The notes beneath the pieces were generated by a model. That model had not been told where the DNA came from. It saw only the letters and a program-made list of their open reading frames with translations, and ran no database searches. Source: a virus. From it: a DNA stretch of 64,000 nt. The stretch's first letter is position 1; the number at the start of each line of letters is the position of its first letter. Where the stretch lies: positions 32,001-96,000 of IMG/VR virus record IMGVR_UViG_3300042566_002057. The stretch is one strand, 5' to 3'. The translations under genes were made by a program, and so were the position numbers. Positions 1 through 8,729 of the stretch are shown in pieces.

Positions 1-2
1 AT

Positions 3-101
3 AAGAAACTAGATGATGATTTAGATAACTCAAAATTTAATAGTAACTCTAACAATTATGACTATGACTATGGAGACTGGTGTGACTCATTCTACGATTA
101 A
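3..101 (+). CDS. 3' end of a gene entering from the left edge (...DYDYGDWCDSFYD*)
   Basis: Open frame from position 3 to TAA 99-101, followed directly by a terminator-like hairpin. Confidence 0.55.
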   Translation, partial: KKLDDDLDNSKFNSNSNNYDYDYGDWCDSFYD

Positions 102-103
102 TA

Positions 104-134
104 AAAAGAGTCCTAATTTAGGACTCTTTTCTTC
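104..134 (+). terminator. intrinsic terminator, possibly bidirectional
   Basis: AAAAGAGTCCTAA-T-TTAGGACTCTTTT perfect inverted repeat. Confidence 0.7.
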
Positions 135-427
135 TATAAATAAATATAATAGAAAACAAAGACTCAAGGCTGTTCTTTTTCAACAACTAAATGATGCTGT
201 AGATAGACGAGATACTAAAAGAATTGAAACGATTTGTAAACGATATTTTAAAATTGATAAAAATGGAAATTGGAAAAATGACAATATCTGAGGCACTTCC
301 TCATTTACAAGCTATAGCATCCGTTTATGGCTTAAGACTAAACAGAGTAAAAGAATTTAAGTTAGCTAGAGTAATTTTGGCTAATCTTTACTGTAGAGAA
401 GTAGTATAATAAAAAAATAAATAAATT

Positions 428-862
428 ATGACTTTTGAGGATAAAGTAAAATATTTTAATGTAGTGAAAAACTATAAACGAATGGCTTCTAATTTAGTAA
501 GTGAAATATCATCTTATGAAAATTGGTCTGATGAATTTTGTAGAAAACAAGTAAAAGAACTTTACGCTAAATTGGTTGAAAAGTTTGATGGAGTTGATTT
601 CACAGAATTCACTGTTGAGGAATTAAAACAATTAGACTTTCAACTTTGGGATGAAAATACAATCTTAATGCCAGTTTGGGCATTAGATTGCTTAATTGAT
701 GGTACCAAAGTCGTAAGTATTGATGGTCAAGAAATAACTTTTGATAAATCAAAAGGTTTAGATAAAGATACGAGATTCGGTTGTACCGCTTATGGTTTTA
801 CTTTATCACAACTAAGAGACTCTGCTATTGAGAACATTTTAGAAAAAGGTGAAGAAGAGTAA
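428..862 (+). CDS. hypothetical phage protein with C-terminal RDSAIENIL motif
   Basis: 144-aa ORF overlapping the start of the next gene. Confidence 0.7.
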   Translation: MTFEDKVKYFNVVKNYKRMASNLVSEISSYENWSDEFCRKQVKELYAKLVEKFDGVDFTEFTVEELKQLDFQLWDENTILMPVWALDCLIDGTKVVSIDGQEITFDKSKGLDKDTRFGCTAYGFTLSQLRDSAIENILEKGEEE

Positions 863-1403
863 ATATAAAATAGCAATTTTTATATCAGGTAAAGGTTCTA
901 ACGCTAAAAAACTGGTTGAGTATTTTAGAGAACATAATGATATAGAAGTTGCTATTATTGTTTCAAATAAACCAAACATTGATATTGAAAATCTTTGTTT
1001 ATCAAATGGAGTAGATTATATTGAAACCTCAGAAGTGATTGATATAATCGAAAATAAAAATATTGATTTAATAGTTCTTGCTGGTTACTTAAAGTTAATA
1101 CCTAATGAACTAATATCTATATTTACAAATCGTATAATTAATATACACCCATCACTTCTTCCAAAGTTTGGTGGTAAAGGTATGTATGGTAGAAAAGTAC
1201 ATCAGTCAGTAATTGAGTCTGGTGAAAAAGAATCTGGTATAACAATTCACTATGTTAATCAAAACTATGATGAAGGTGAAATTATTAAACAGATAAAAAT
1301 CAAACTTTCGGATTCTGAAACTCCTGATACTTTAGAATCCAAAATACACGATATTGAACTAGAAAATTTCCCTAAGATTATTGAACAAATTTTATGCAAA
1401 TAG
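849..1403 (+). CDS. purN: phosphoribosylglycinamide formyltransferase
   Basis: ISGKGSN, LAGYL, NIHPSLLPKFGG, SGITIH and YDEG motifs. Confidence 0.93.
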   Translation: MKKSKYKIAIFISGKGSNAKKLVEYFREHNDIEVAIIVSNKPNIDIENLCLSNGVDYIETSEVIDIIENKNIDLIVLAGYLKLIPNELISIFTNRIINIHPSLLPKFGGKGMYGRKVHQSVIESGEKESGITIHYVNQNYDEGEIIKQIKIKLSDSETPDTLESKIHDIELENFPKIIEQILCK

Positions 1404-1801
1404 AAGTATTAAAATTAGGTTATATTATACCAAAAGTTGTTGGTGGTAATATAGATAGAGAAAAAGAAACTATTATGATTGTCTATAATGGTGGTCCTAT
1501 CTTCGATCACTATGTTTCAATTCTAAAAGAAAAATGTGGTGATGAATACAAGTTTTTAAAAACTGACAAAAATATCATAGGTGGTCCACTTAGATACATA
1601 CCTGGTAATATTGATAATAGACTATTTGGTGAATTAGATGATAATTTGGTGGTAGGAATGTCATTTGCAGTTGGAAGTTGGCACAGTTCGATTGTCCAAA
1701 AAATCATAAATAAAAACATAGCTATTACAAATAATTCTGTTTATGCTATTCACAATATTTCTGAATTTAGAAATAAAAAAATACAAGATTTAGGTTTGTA
1801 A
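1394..1801 (+). CDS. hypothetical protein with C-terminal RNKKIQDL motif
   Basis: 135-aa ORF coupled to purN. Confidence 0.65.
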   Translation: MQIEVLKLGYIIPKVVGGNIDREKETIMIVYNGGPIFDHYVSILKEKCGDEYKFLKTDKNIIGGPLRYIPGNIDNRLFGELDDNLVVGMSFAVGSWHSSIVQKIINKNIAITNNSVYAIHNISEFRNKKIQDLGL

Positions 1802-1835
1802 ATATTCTCATCTTAAAACTATAATATATAGTATT

Positions 1836-3218
1836 ATGAGATATCTTAAGACTTTTGAGGGTATTGTACCGGTAAGACCTGGTACTAACAAAGAATATAG
1901 AATTCAGAATCTACCACATAAGGGAGAACCTATTGAGGATGATAATAATATCTCTATAATGCAACAAGATTGGTTTGAAAAATTACTACCAGATACTCTT
2001 TATATTGTATCTGATCCAAAATTGAGTAAATTAAACTTCGACCAATCATTAACTCCAGTTCCAAAAGGAGAATATGCCTTCGATAAAAATGATTGTACCA
2101 TAGATAATGGATTAGTTCAATTTAATTATTGGTATGATCCAAGATTACATCCAGGTACTGAGTTAGAAGATGGTGAACCATCTTGTATTGAATTTGATAT
2201 TCATTTCTCAAAAAATGATAGTGGATTTAAATTAATTGTTGATATAACTTATGGTGATCATAAAGCAACTGAATTTACAATTGAAGCTCCAAATAAGATT
2301 AATGTTGTTCACTATACTGGTGTTGATTCTAAATACGATGACTCTACACACTGGGGATTCAAAGATGAATCTATAAAAGATTTAGTGAAATTCTTTAATG
2401 CTTTTAATCATGGTATACAAATACAACCTGAAGATTTATCATTTATTGATGAGCATTTTGATAGTTATAAACACGATATACATAATCAAGATCATCTTTA
2501 TACAGATGAATCTGATTTAATTGAGTTTGGTAATTCAGTGAAAGAATCAAATGATTCTGATATATTTTTGATTATTAATAATGCTAAACCACCTCAGTAT
2601 AAATATTATCCAAAAGTAGTTAAGTATTTAACTATTAAAAATTTACCATTTAGAGTGGCTACTACACCTGAAGAAGTAGAAAAATATAATTCAGAATATA
2701 ATATTATAGGTGCTTTTTCAACCGGTTCTGATTTTAGTATGACTAATCCAGATTCAACTTCTGAATATTCAACAAATGAAAAAGCGTTAGAAATATTAAG
2801 TTGTCCTATAATTTCTATGTGTTATGGTTTCCAATCAATGGCTAAGTTTTATGGTCAAGAAATAACAGGTGGAGACTTAAACTGTAATCAATTCTTACTA
2901 ACTGATTATGATGATTCACACTTCTTGTTTAGTGGAATTGATCTATCAACTCAGAAATTAAGTTTTTGTTTTCATGATTATCCAGTTAATGTACCTTCTG
3001 GTTTTAGAAATATTGCAATGTTAGGTGATGTTATTTCTGGAATATCAAACACATCAACCGAAAGATATGGTATACTTTTTCATCCTGAAGAATTAGAACA
3101 AACTTATATTATCTTAGATAATTTTGTAAATCATTGTTATTCTAAGGTAAGTTTTAATAAAGAAAGTGAGTTTATTCTACAAACTTATGAATCTTTTATT
3201 AATAAAATCAAAAAATAA
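1836..3218 (+). CDS. unknown N-terminal domain fused to a class I glutamine amidotransferase domain
   Basis: C-terminal half has STGS, SMCYGFQ (catalytic Cys) and FHPE; N-terminus MRYLKTFE; AATATATA upstream. Confidence 0.75.
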   Translation: MRYLKTFEGIVPVRPGTNKEYRIQNLPHKGEPIEDDNNISIMQQDWFEKLLPDTLYIVSDPKLSKLNFDQSLTPVPKGEYAFDKNDCTIDNGLVQFNYWYDPRLHPGTELEDGEPSCIEFDIHFSKNDSGFKLIVDITYGDHKATEFTIEAPNKINVVHYTGVDSKYDDSTHWGFKDESIKDLVKFFNAFNHGIQIQPEDLSFIDEHFDSYKHDIHNQDHLYTDESDLIEFGNSVKESNDSDIFLIINNAKPPQYKYYPKVVKYLTIKNLPFRVATTPEEVEKYNSEYNIIGAFSTGSDFSMTNPDSTSEYSTNEKALEILSCPIISMCYGFQSMAKFYGQEITGGDLNCNQFLLTDYDDSHFLFSGIDLSTQKLSFCFHDYPVNVPSGFRNIAMLGDVISGISNTSTERYGILFHPEELEQTYIILDNFVNHCYSKVSFNKESEFILQTYESFINKIKK

Positions 3219-3250
3219 TTTGGTCAGATTGAAACTTATCTATATCTTTG
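3219..3250 (+). promoter_or_regulatory. Bacteroidota-type primary sigma promoter of the leader/tRNA operon
   Basis: TTTG (3219-3222), 20-nt spacer, TATCTTTG (3243-3250). Confidence 0.75.
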
Positions 3251-3309
3251 TAGTATAAATCTGACAAATAATTAAAAAGAGAGTAATAATATTTAATATA
3301 TAAGAAATA

Positions 3310-3405
3310 ATGACAACAATTAACGTAAATATCGCACAAGTTAACCCGCAACCTCAGGATCAGGATCGTGAGAGAGTGGCTAACTATGTCTTTACAATAA
3401 GTTAA
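3310..3405 (+). CDS. attenuator leader peptide MTTINVNIAQVNPQPQDQDRERVANYVFTIS
   Basis: ATG 3310 to TAA 3405; codon run CCG CAA CCT CAG GAT CAG GAT at 3346-3366; AATATATA motif at 3295-3302; too short for the ORF track. Confidence 0.8.
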   Translation: MTTINVNIAQVNPQPQDQDRERVANYVFTIS

Positions 3406-3463
3406 TGTTTAAGTTAAATAAATTTGTAAAACCCGGTTAGTCACAAACTAATCGGGTTTTTTT
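3376..3463 (+). promoter_or_regulatory. transcription attenuator (antiterminator/terminator pair)
   Basis: Terminator AAAACCCGGTTAGT/ACTAATCGGGTTTT plus U tract (3428-3463); GTGGCTAACT (3376-3385) can pair over 10 bp with GGTTAGTCAC (3435-3444). Confidence 0.8.
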
Positions 3464-3465
3464 AT

Positions 3466-3538
3466 TGTCCTATGGTGTAATTGGCAACACGTCTGGTTTT
3501 GATCCAGAAGAGTTGAGGTTCGAGCCCTTGTGGGACAG
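3466..3538 (+). tRNA. tRNA-Gln(UUG)
   Basis: Acceptor TGTCCTA/TGGGACA; anticodon arm TCTGG-TTTTGAT-CCAGA; GGTTCGAG T-loop. Confidence 0.92.
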
Positions 3539-3543
3539 CAAAA

Positions 3544-3617
3544 CGAGAAGTGACTAAGGTTTTAAGCACGGGCGGTCTGGAGCCGTCAGTTAGTGGGTTC
3601 GATTCCCACCTTCTCGA
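3544..3617 (+). tRNA. tRNA-Pro(UGG), atypical (C33, A37, weak D arm)
   Basis: Acceptor CGAGAAG/CTTCTCG with A73 (Pro identity); GGCGG-TCTGGAG-CCGTC; GTGGG-TTCGATT-CCCAC. Confidence 0.75.
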
Positions 3618-3622
3618 CAAAT

Positions 3623-3695
3623 GGTCTATTGGTGAAATGGCTTATCATCCCATCCTGTCACGATGGAGTAGACGGATCGTAACCGTCATAGACCG
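3623..3695 (+). tRNA. tRNA-Asp(GUC)
   Basis: GGTCTAT/ATAGACC with G73; CCATC-CTGTCAC-GATGG; T-loop ATCGTAA. Confidence 0.9.
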
Positions 3696-3759
3696 CACAA
3701 AGTAACTGTTTGGCGGTGAAAGTACTCTTTAGAGAATAGAGTAAAATAATTCTCAATAT

Positions 3760-3842
3760 TGTGGAGTCGGCTAATTGGCAGGCCACCTGACTTTGAATCA
3801 GGGAGATAACACTCAGTGTAGGTTCGAGTCCTACCTCCACAA
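3760..3842 (+). tRNA. tRNA-Gln(UUG) with long variable arm
   Basis: TGTGGAG/CTCCACA; CCTGA-CTTTGAA-TCAGG; variable arm GAG-ATAACA-CTC; GTAGG-TTCGAGT-CCTAC. Confidence 0.85.
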
Positions 3843-3849
3843 CAAAAAA

Positions 3850-3937
3850 CTAGGTGTGTAGGCAATTGGAAGCCGACCTGATTTGGGGTCAGGAATGAAC
3901 ATAAAGTTCTATGTGGGTTCGAGTCCCACCACTTAGA
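3850..3937 (+). tRNA. tRNA-Pro(UGG) with long variable arm
   Basis: CTAGGTG/CACTTAG with A73; CCTGA-TTTGGGG-TCAGG; variable arm GAAC-ATAAA-GTTC. Confidence 0.85.
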
Positions 3938-3943
3938 CAAATT

Positions 3944-4016
3944 GGTCTATTGGTGAAATGGCTTATCATTCCATCCTGTCACGATGGAGTAGACGGATCG
4001 TAACCGTCATAGACCG
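3944..4016 (+). tRNA. tRNA-Asp(GUC), near-identical copy of 3623-3695
   Basis: Same cloverleaf, one substitution. Confidence 0.9.
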
Positions 4017-4042
4017 CAAAAATTTAGAAATTTAATATAAGT

Positions 4043-4270
4043 ATGTTTGGTTGGAGAAAAGAAATATCAAATTTAGAATGTGATATAATCGCAGTTGAAG
4101 GTTATTTATCAGGTCTAAATTATCGTCTTAACTCACTTGTAAATCTTAGTAATAATCCTGATTATAGAGGTGATTTAACAGATGAAATAAAAAGAGTTAG
4201 ATTAGAAATAGAAGAAAATGAGATTAAATTAAACGAATTAAGACTCAGATTGAATCCACCTTCCATCTGA
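4043..4270 (+). CDS. small coiled-coil hypothetical protein
   Basis: 75-aa ORF directly after the tRNA array. Confidence 0.5.
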   Translation: MFGWRKEISNLECDIIAVEGYLSGLNYRLNSLVNLSNNPDYRGDLTDEIKRVRLEIEENEIKLNELRLRLNPPSI

Positions 4271-4624
4271 TAAAAACTCAAAAGTTCCAACATAATCAAA
4301 TCTATCACCCCACTCTTTTGGTGATATAAGTGATAGAAACTCCTCACCATTTTCTTTTATATAAAGATGATATGATTTACCAGGTATTGGTTCAAAACTG
4401 TGTTTTGCTAGGTAAAGTCTTTCATTGATATTTATCTCTTCAATTAACTTTTTGTATTCGGATTGTAACTCAGAAAATTTAGAACTGAAATGGTGTTTAA
4501 GTTTAGAAGTTTTTTCTAACTTAAATAATTGTATATCGTCTGGTGAAAATTTTTGAGAACCAATTTCTGTAGGATATGCCTTTAATCTACGATCATCAAC
4601 AAAACTATCCGGTTTTTCTTTCAT
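4238..4624 (-). CDS. DUF2452-like protein
   Basis: AYPTEIGS...FEPIPGKSYHLY...FLSLISPKEW pattern. Confidence 0.65.
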   Translation of the reverse strand: MKEKPDSFVDDRRLKAYPTEIGSQKFSPDDIQLFKLEKTSKLKHHFSSKFSELQSEYKKLIEEININERLYLAKHSFEPIPGKSYHLYIKENGEEFLSLISPKEWGDRFDYVGTFEFLSDGRWIQSES

Positions 4625-4668
4625 ATACTTTATATAAAATAGATTAATATTGTTTTATATATAGTTAG

Positions 4669-5121
4669 ATGAAGACCTGCGTTTACAAAATACAATTTGA
4701 TAAAAACTCTTTTGATCTCAATGATGATTATGATAGATTATCTGAAGTAGAGAAAGAAAGAATTTCGGATTTAGATGCTGAAACTTTTTTTGACTATGAA
4801 AAAGATGGAAACTATACTTGTTTTGTAATAACTACTCCAGTCGAAATGAAGAAGTATATTTCAATACTAACTAACAATCTTATTATTTGTGACTGTCAGG
4901 ATATTTCTTCAGATGTTTTAAAATTCAAATTAGATTTAGAAGAAGAGTTAAGAGACCAAATCTCAACTATCAATTCAATAAAATATAGTTTCTTTATAGA
5001 TGATATTTATGAATGGATTGAAAGTAATTTAGATATGGATATGGTTTTAGATAGAATATCAGAAGTCGGTATTGATTCTCTTTCTAAAATTGAAAAAGAT
5101 TTCCTAAATAACTTTCATTAG
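4669..5121 (+). CDS. hypothetical protein
   Basis: 150-aa ORF ending DMVLDRISEVGIDSLSKIEKDFL; TATATA upstream. Confidence 0.65.
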   Translation: MKTCVYKIQFDKNSFDLNDDYDRLSEVEKERISDLDAETFFDYEKDGNYTCFVITTPVEMKKYISILTNNLIICDCQDISSDVLKFKLDLEEELRDQISTINSIKYSFFIDDIYEWIESNLDMDMVLDRISEVGIDSLSKIEKDFLNNFH

Positions 5122-5171
5122 GTTTGTTTATTACTTAACTTTTATTTATATTTGCACTATAAACTATCATT

Positions 5172-5342
5172 ATGCAAAAATTTAAAACAAAAATTGTTAA
5201 AAATATTGGTCAATCTATGGCTGATTTTATAATCAAAAGACTTGAATCTACATCGACTCAAGAAGAATTTGATTTCTGGTTTTCAATGGGTACTAAATTA
5301 AATGCCTATTGTGTAGTTTTTCATGACATTTACTTAGACTAA
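5172..5342 (+). CDS. small hypothetical protein (56 aa, MQKFKTKIVK...)
   Basis: ATG 5172 to TAA 5342, after TATATTTG (5147-5154) and abutting the next gene. Confidence 0.6.
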   Translation: MQKFKTKIVKNIGQSMADFIIKRLESTSTQEEFDFWFSMGTKLNAYCVVFHDIYLD

Positions 5343-5343
5343 T

Positions 5344-5739
5344 ATGAAAAAATTATTTTTAGACGATATAAGACAACCAAAAGATGCAATCAATCTTGTA
5401 CCATCACATCACAATAGAATGTATTGGGAACAAGATTGGCATGTTGTAAGAAATTACAAAGAGTTTACTAACTGGATATCATTTCATGGTGTACCTGACT
5501 TAATTAGTTTTGACCACGATTTGGCTGATATTCACTATGAAGTAGACTTCTCTGATTGGGAATTTTCTTCTGACCAACTTGGTGTTGAAGAAACTGGACT
5601 TGACTGTGCAAAATGGTTAGTTGATTACTGTGTAGACAATGGATTTGGTTTACCACAATATATCGTTCATTCTGCAAACCCTGCTGGTAAGAAAAATATC
5701 CAAGGATATTTAGATAACGCAACAAAACACTTATTTTAA
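5344..5739 (+). CDS. cyclic-phosphate-processing receiver-like domain protein
   Basis: KLFLDDIR, ISFDHDL, TGLDCAKWL and HSANPAG motifs. Confidence 0.75.
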   Translation: MKKLFLDDIRQPKDAINLVPSHHNRMYWEQDWHVVRNYKEFTNWISFHGVPDLISFDHDLADIHYEVDFSDWEFSSDQLGVEETGLDCAKWLVDYCVDNGFGLPQYIVHSANPAGKKNIQGYLDNATKHLF

Positions 5740-5740
5740 T

Positions 5741-6046
5741 ATGATTAGTTTTATTGAAAAACATTTAATAACAGCTATCACAAATCAAGTTAAAGAAAAA
5801 TATAAAATTCTAAAATTTAGTGGATTTCTTTATTTTGATGAAACGATACCTGATGGTAAAAAAGAGATTAATAGAGTAAATGAAAGTAATCCTTTTCCTA
5901 AAGAAGAAGTTTTGCCTTTAAGTTGGTACTTTATTAGACCAGCTACTTTGGCTAAAATTTATCTTAAACTCAAATTTAATCAATTTTATATCTATAAAGA
6001 GATAGATGGTAAAAGCCACAAAATGAGAATTAAAAATAGAAAGTGA
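5741..6046 (+). CDS. hypothetical protein
   Basis: 101-aa ORF in an operon. Confidence 0.6.
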   Translation: MISFIEKHLITAITNQVKEKYKILKFSGFLYFDETIPDGKKEINRVNESNPFPKEEVLPLSWYFIRPATLAKIYLKLKFNQFYIYKEIDGKSHKMRIKNRK

Positions 6047-6759
6047 TTTTAGAAAAGGACTTTTCTTGGGCTACTAAACTTAGTTACGACACTGAGTACT
6101 ACTGTGATGAATACGGATGTAATGAAGAACGTATTTGTAGGTGCTCAGTGATTAGTAACGCTCAAGTCACTGGAGTCAGATTTTCGGACTTAAATAAAGA
6201 AATTTTTGACGAGTATCGAGATAACTCTACTATCACTAAAAGAAATAATAAACTAAATTCTTTACTTCATAACATTACCTATAATATAGATTGGTATACA
6301 GTAAATAGAATTCTTGTTGCAAACAAACTTTTTCTACCTCAGTCTTGGAACATAAATATATTCAACGGATACTATGGTCAGGAAATTGGTGAAGTAACAA
6401 TCGAACCAGAGCTATCTAAAAAGATAGACACTGAAATTAATAAGGCTCTTGAAATTTTAGACCTACAAAAAAGAATAGAATATTTACTTACTATCGAATA
6501 TGGTGGTGTTCTTCCAGAACTTAAAAATTGTAAATGGGAAGAGATAGAAATTGATTCAGATAAAATTTATTACGGTAATACTCGTCACAAAGATAATGTT
6601 CTATCAAAAGAACTGGATTATTATTCAGATAGTCAATATAAAGGAATTCGAGGAATTGTTATCAATAAATTTGGAGGTTATCAATTAATAGATGGTTATC
6701 ATAGATGTTTATCAACTAAACTATCTACAGTAAAGGTTTTAAGAGCTTCTAAATATTAA
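6043..6759 (+). CDS. protein with C-terminal ParB/Srx-like domain
   Basis: YQLIDGYHR motif; Cys-rich N-terminus. Confidence 0.55.
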   Translation: MILEKDFSWATKLSYDTEYYCDEYGCNEERICRCSVISNAQVTGVRFSDLNKEIFDEYRDNSTITKRNNKLNSLLHNITYNIDWYTVNRILVANKLFLPQSWNINIFNGYYGQEIGEVTIEPELSKKIDTEINKALEILDLQKRIEYLLTIEYGGVLPELKNCKWEEIEIDSDKIYYGNTRHKDNVLSKELDYYSDSQYKGIRGIVINKFGGYQLIDGYHRCLSTKLSTVKVLRASKY

Positions 6760-8693
6760 AGATTATGCCACTCTTCGGAGTCTAGCTCTTCAAATCTTGT
6801 AGACAACTTAGTTTTGAGTTCATGAATAGATTTTCTATATTCTTCATCATCATCAAATTTCATTCTAGTTTGACCCTCAACTTTTATTATATCGTCTAGT
6901 TGTTTGATTTTAGTTTCTAACTTATTGAGAACATTCTCTAATACTTCATCCACATTTTTATTGTATTGTATAATATCAATCACTCTTGAGTTATCCATAT
7001 TTATCTCATAATCTAAAGCAATTGCATCTTCTTCTAATAACCATTCTACTCCATAGATATCTGGTGAGTCAGATGATTTAGGCTCACCTACTTTATAAAT
7101 TGTTCTTTCTAAAATCTTAGGGATATACTTATCTTCATAGTCTTTTGTAAGAAGGTCTTTTTGTATGTACTCATAATCATCCCAGTCAGAATATTTATCA
7201 CATAGTTTTTCATACCATAACATATTTCTCATTTCTCTGAGTTTGATTATGTCTCTATCATTCATATAACACCAGTTTCCTTCTGAATTTTCAACATCAC
7301 CATCTGTATAGATTTCAGTAATTGTTTTTACTGCTCTTTCATCCCAAATCCAATTTCCATAAATATCTGAATAAACAGCATCATCAACGTGAACATATTC
7401 ATCTGAATGCTCATCATAAACGATATCATCGTCATCTTGATGGTACCAACCTCTTCTTCTACTTGAACCGACATCAATTCTAACTGCATAATCTCTTAAC
7501 AAATGGTCGCCATATGCGTCTGAATAAACAGCTTCATCTTCTGGTATCATTCTATCATGCCATTCAGACCAAACACCACCTTCAACTTCACTATACCCAC
7601 CACCAGTATCTTCTAATATGTAACAACCTTCTTGGTCACTTTCTTGATTATCATCATTATAAAGTTTACCTATTCTTGGGTCATATCTTCTAAAAGTGTC
7701 CATATAAGGATATCTTTGATAGTCATAGTCACCTCCGAATCTATCAACTTGAACATCCATATCAACATTTATTTCATTTCCGTTATAAGTTATATTAGTA
7801 AAACTATGGTGATTATTATTTGTTTTGTAAATCCATCCTTGTTCTTTTGCAAAGTTTCTAAATTTATTAACATCTGAATCTTTAATAGTATATTGTCTAT
7901 CCATAAAATATTCAACACCTTCAAATTTTTCACCAATTCCACTATGAATTGATTTAAATTTCCAAATTAAGGCTCTTCCTAAAATTTTATCATCTTCTCT
8001 GAGAATTAATAATCTACAAACATCTGGATTTTTAACATAGATATTAAAGATGTTTCTTTTTTGAGCCATGCAAGAATTACCAAGTGTTCCACTTTTTTCT
8101 TTATAATTATCAGAGTTATACCAAAATGCGATATCATCTCCAGATACTAACTCAAAGTGTTCTCCAGATTTTTCTACAGCTGCCTTAAATGAGTTTACGA
8201 ATTCCTCGACTTGTTTAGAATTATATTTACCAGGAAATACTTTATTAACTAATCTACCTATAGCAATTTGATTTCTTCCTTTAACATATGGATCTACACC
8301 ATCATCAAAGTTACCCATTCCTCTAAGAGAACTTTTTAGATTACCATATTCTTTATTATGAATATACCAAATATCATCAGCTAAATCTTTGTTGGGTTTT
8401 TGGTCTAAGTCAATACCATTAATGTATAAATCTTTAAGATCCGGAAACTTTTCATCTAATATCTTTTTAACATTTCGCATTGTAGAGAATGAAAGAAATC
8501 CTTCTTTATCTAAATCAATAAAAGTAATATCTGGTTTTATATCAGTTGATTCTATACCTAATAAATCATCACTAATATCATCAGAAACTTTATTTAATTG
8601 TTTTCTTAAAGCGGGTGAAAAGTAAATCATCGATTCATTAATTAGACTTTCTAATAACAAATCTTCAACAAATGAATTATATCTATATAACAT
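6756..8693 (-). CDS. large acidic phage protein with internal repeats
   Basis: 645 aa; NSCM...GRALIW...MDRQY core; repeated AVYSDxYG units; AATATATA upstream. Confidence 0.7.
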   Translation of the reverse strand: MLYRYNSFVEDLLLESLINESMIYFSPALRKQLNKVSDDISDDLLGIESTDIKPDITFIDLDKEGFLSFSTMRNVKKILDEKFPDLKDLYINGIDLDQKPNKDLADDIWYIHNKEYGNLKSSLRGMGNFDDGVDPYVKGRNQIAIGRLVNKVFPGKYNSKQVEEFVNSFKAAVEKSGEHFELVSGDDIAFWYNSDNYKEKSGTLGNSCMAQKRNIFNIYVKNPDVCRLLILREDDKILGRALIWKFKSIHSGIGEKFEGVEYFMDRQYTIKDSDVNKFRNFAKEQGWIYKTNNNHHSFTNITYNGNEINVDMDVQVDRFGGDYDYQRYPYMDTFRRYDPRIGKLYNDDNQESDQEGCYILEDTGGGYSEVEGGVWSEWHDRMIPEDEAVYSDAYGDHLLRDYAVRIDVGSSRRRGWYHQDDDDIVYDEHSDEYVHVDDAVYSDIYGNWIWDERAVKTITEIYTDGDVENSEGNWCYMNDRDIIKLREMRNMLWYEKLCDKYSDWDDYEYIQKDLLTKDYEDKYIPKILERTIYKVGEPKSSDSPDIYGVEWLLEEDAIALDYEINMDNSRVIDIIQYNKNVDEVLENVLNKLETKIKQLDDIIKVEGQTRMKFDDDEEYRKSIHELKTKLSTRFEELDSEEWHNL

Positions 8694-8729
8694 GTAATAT
8701 ATATTAAAATTATTTTTTATATTTGTAAT

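Noticed and set aside
58-291. 77-aa ORF as annotated
   Set aside because: Its 5' part overlaps the end of the upstream gene and runs through a terminator hairpin; the true starts in 130-409 are unclear
3571-3587. Reading the second tRNA as Gln(CUG)
   Set aside because: The only good 5-bp stem centres TGG in a 7-nt loop, and C1-G72/A73 are Pro identity elements
3700-3759. Hairpin TACTCT/AGAGTA between the two tRNA triplets
   Set aside because: Short AT-rich stem with no cloverleaf or U tract; not enough support for a separate element
3658-3940. Minus-strand ORFs of 60 and 84 aa
   Set aside because: Antisense shadows of the tRNA array
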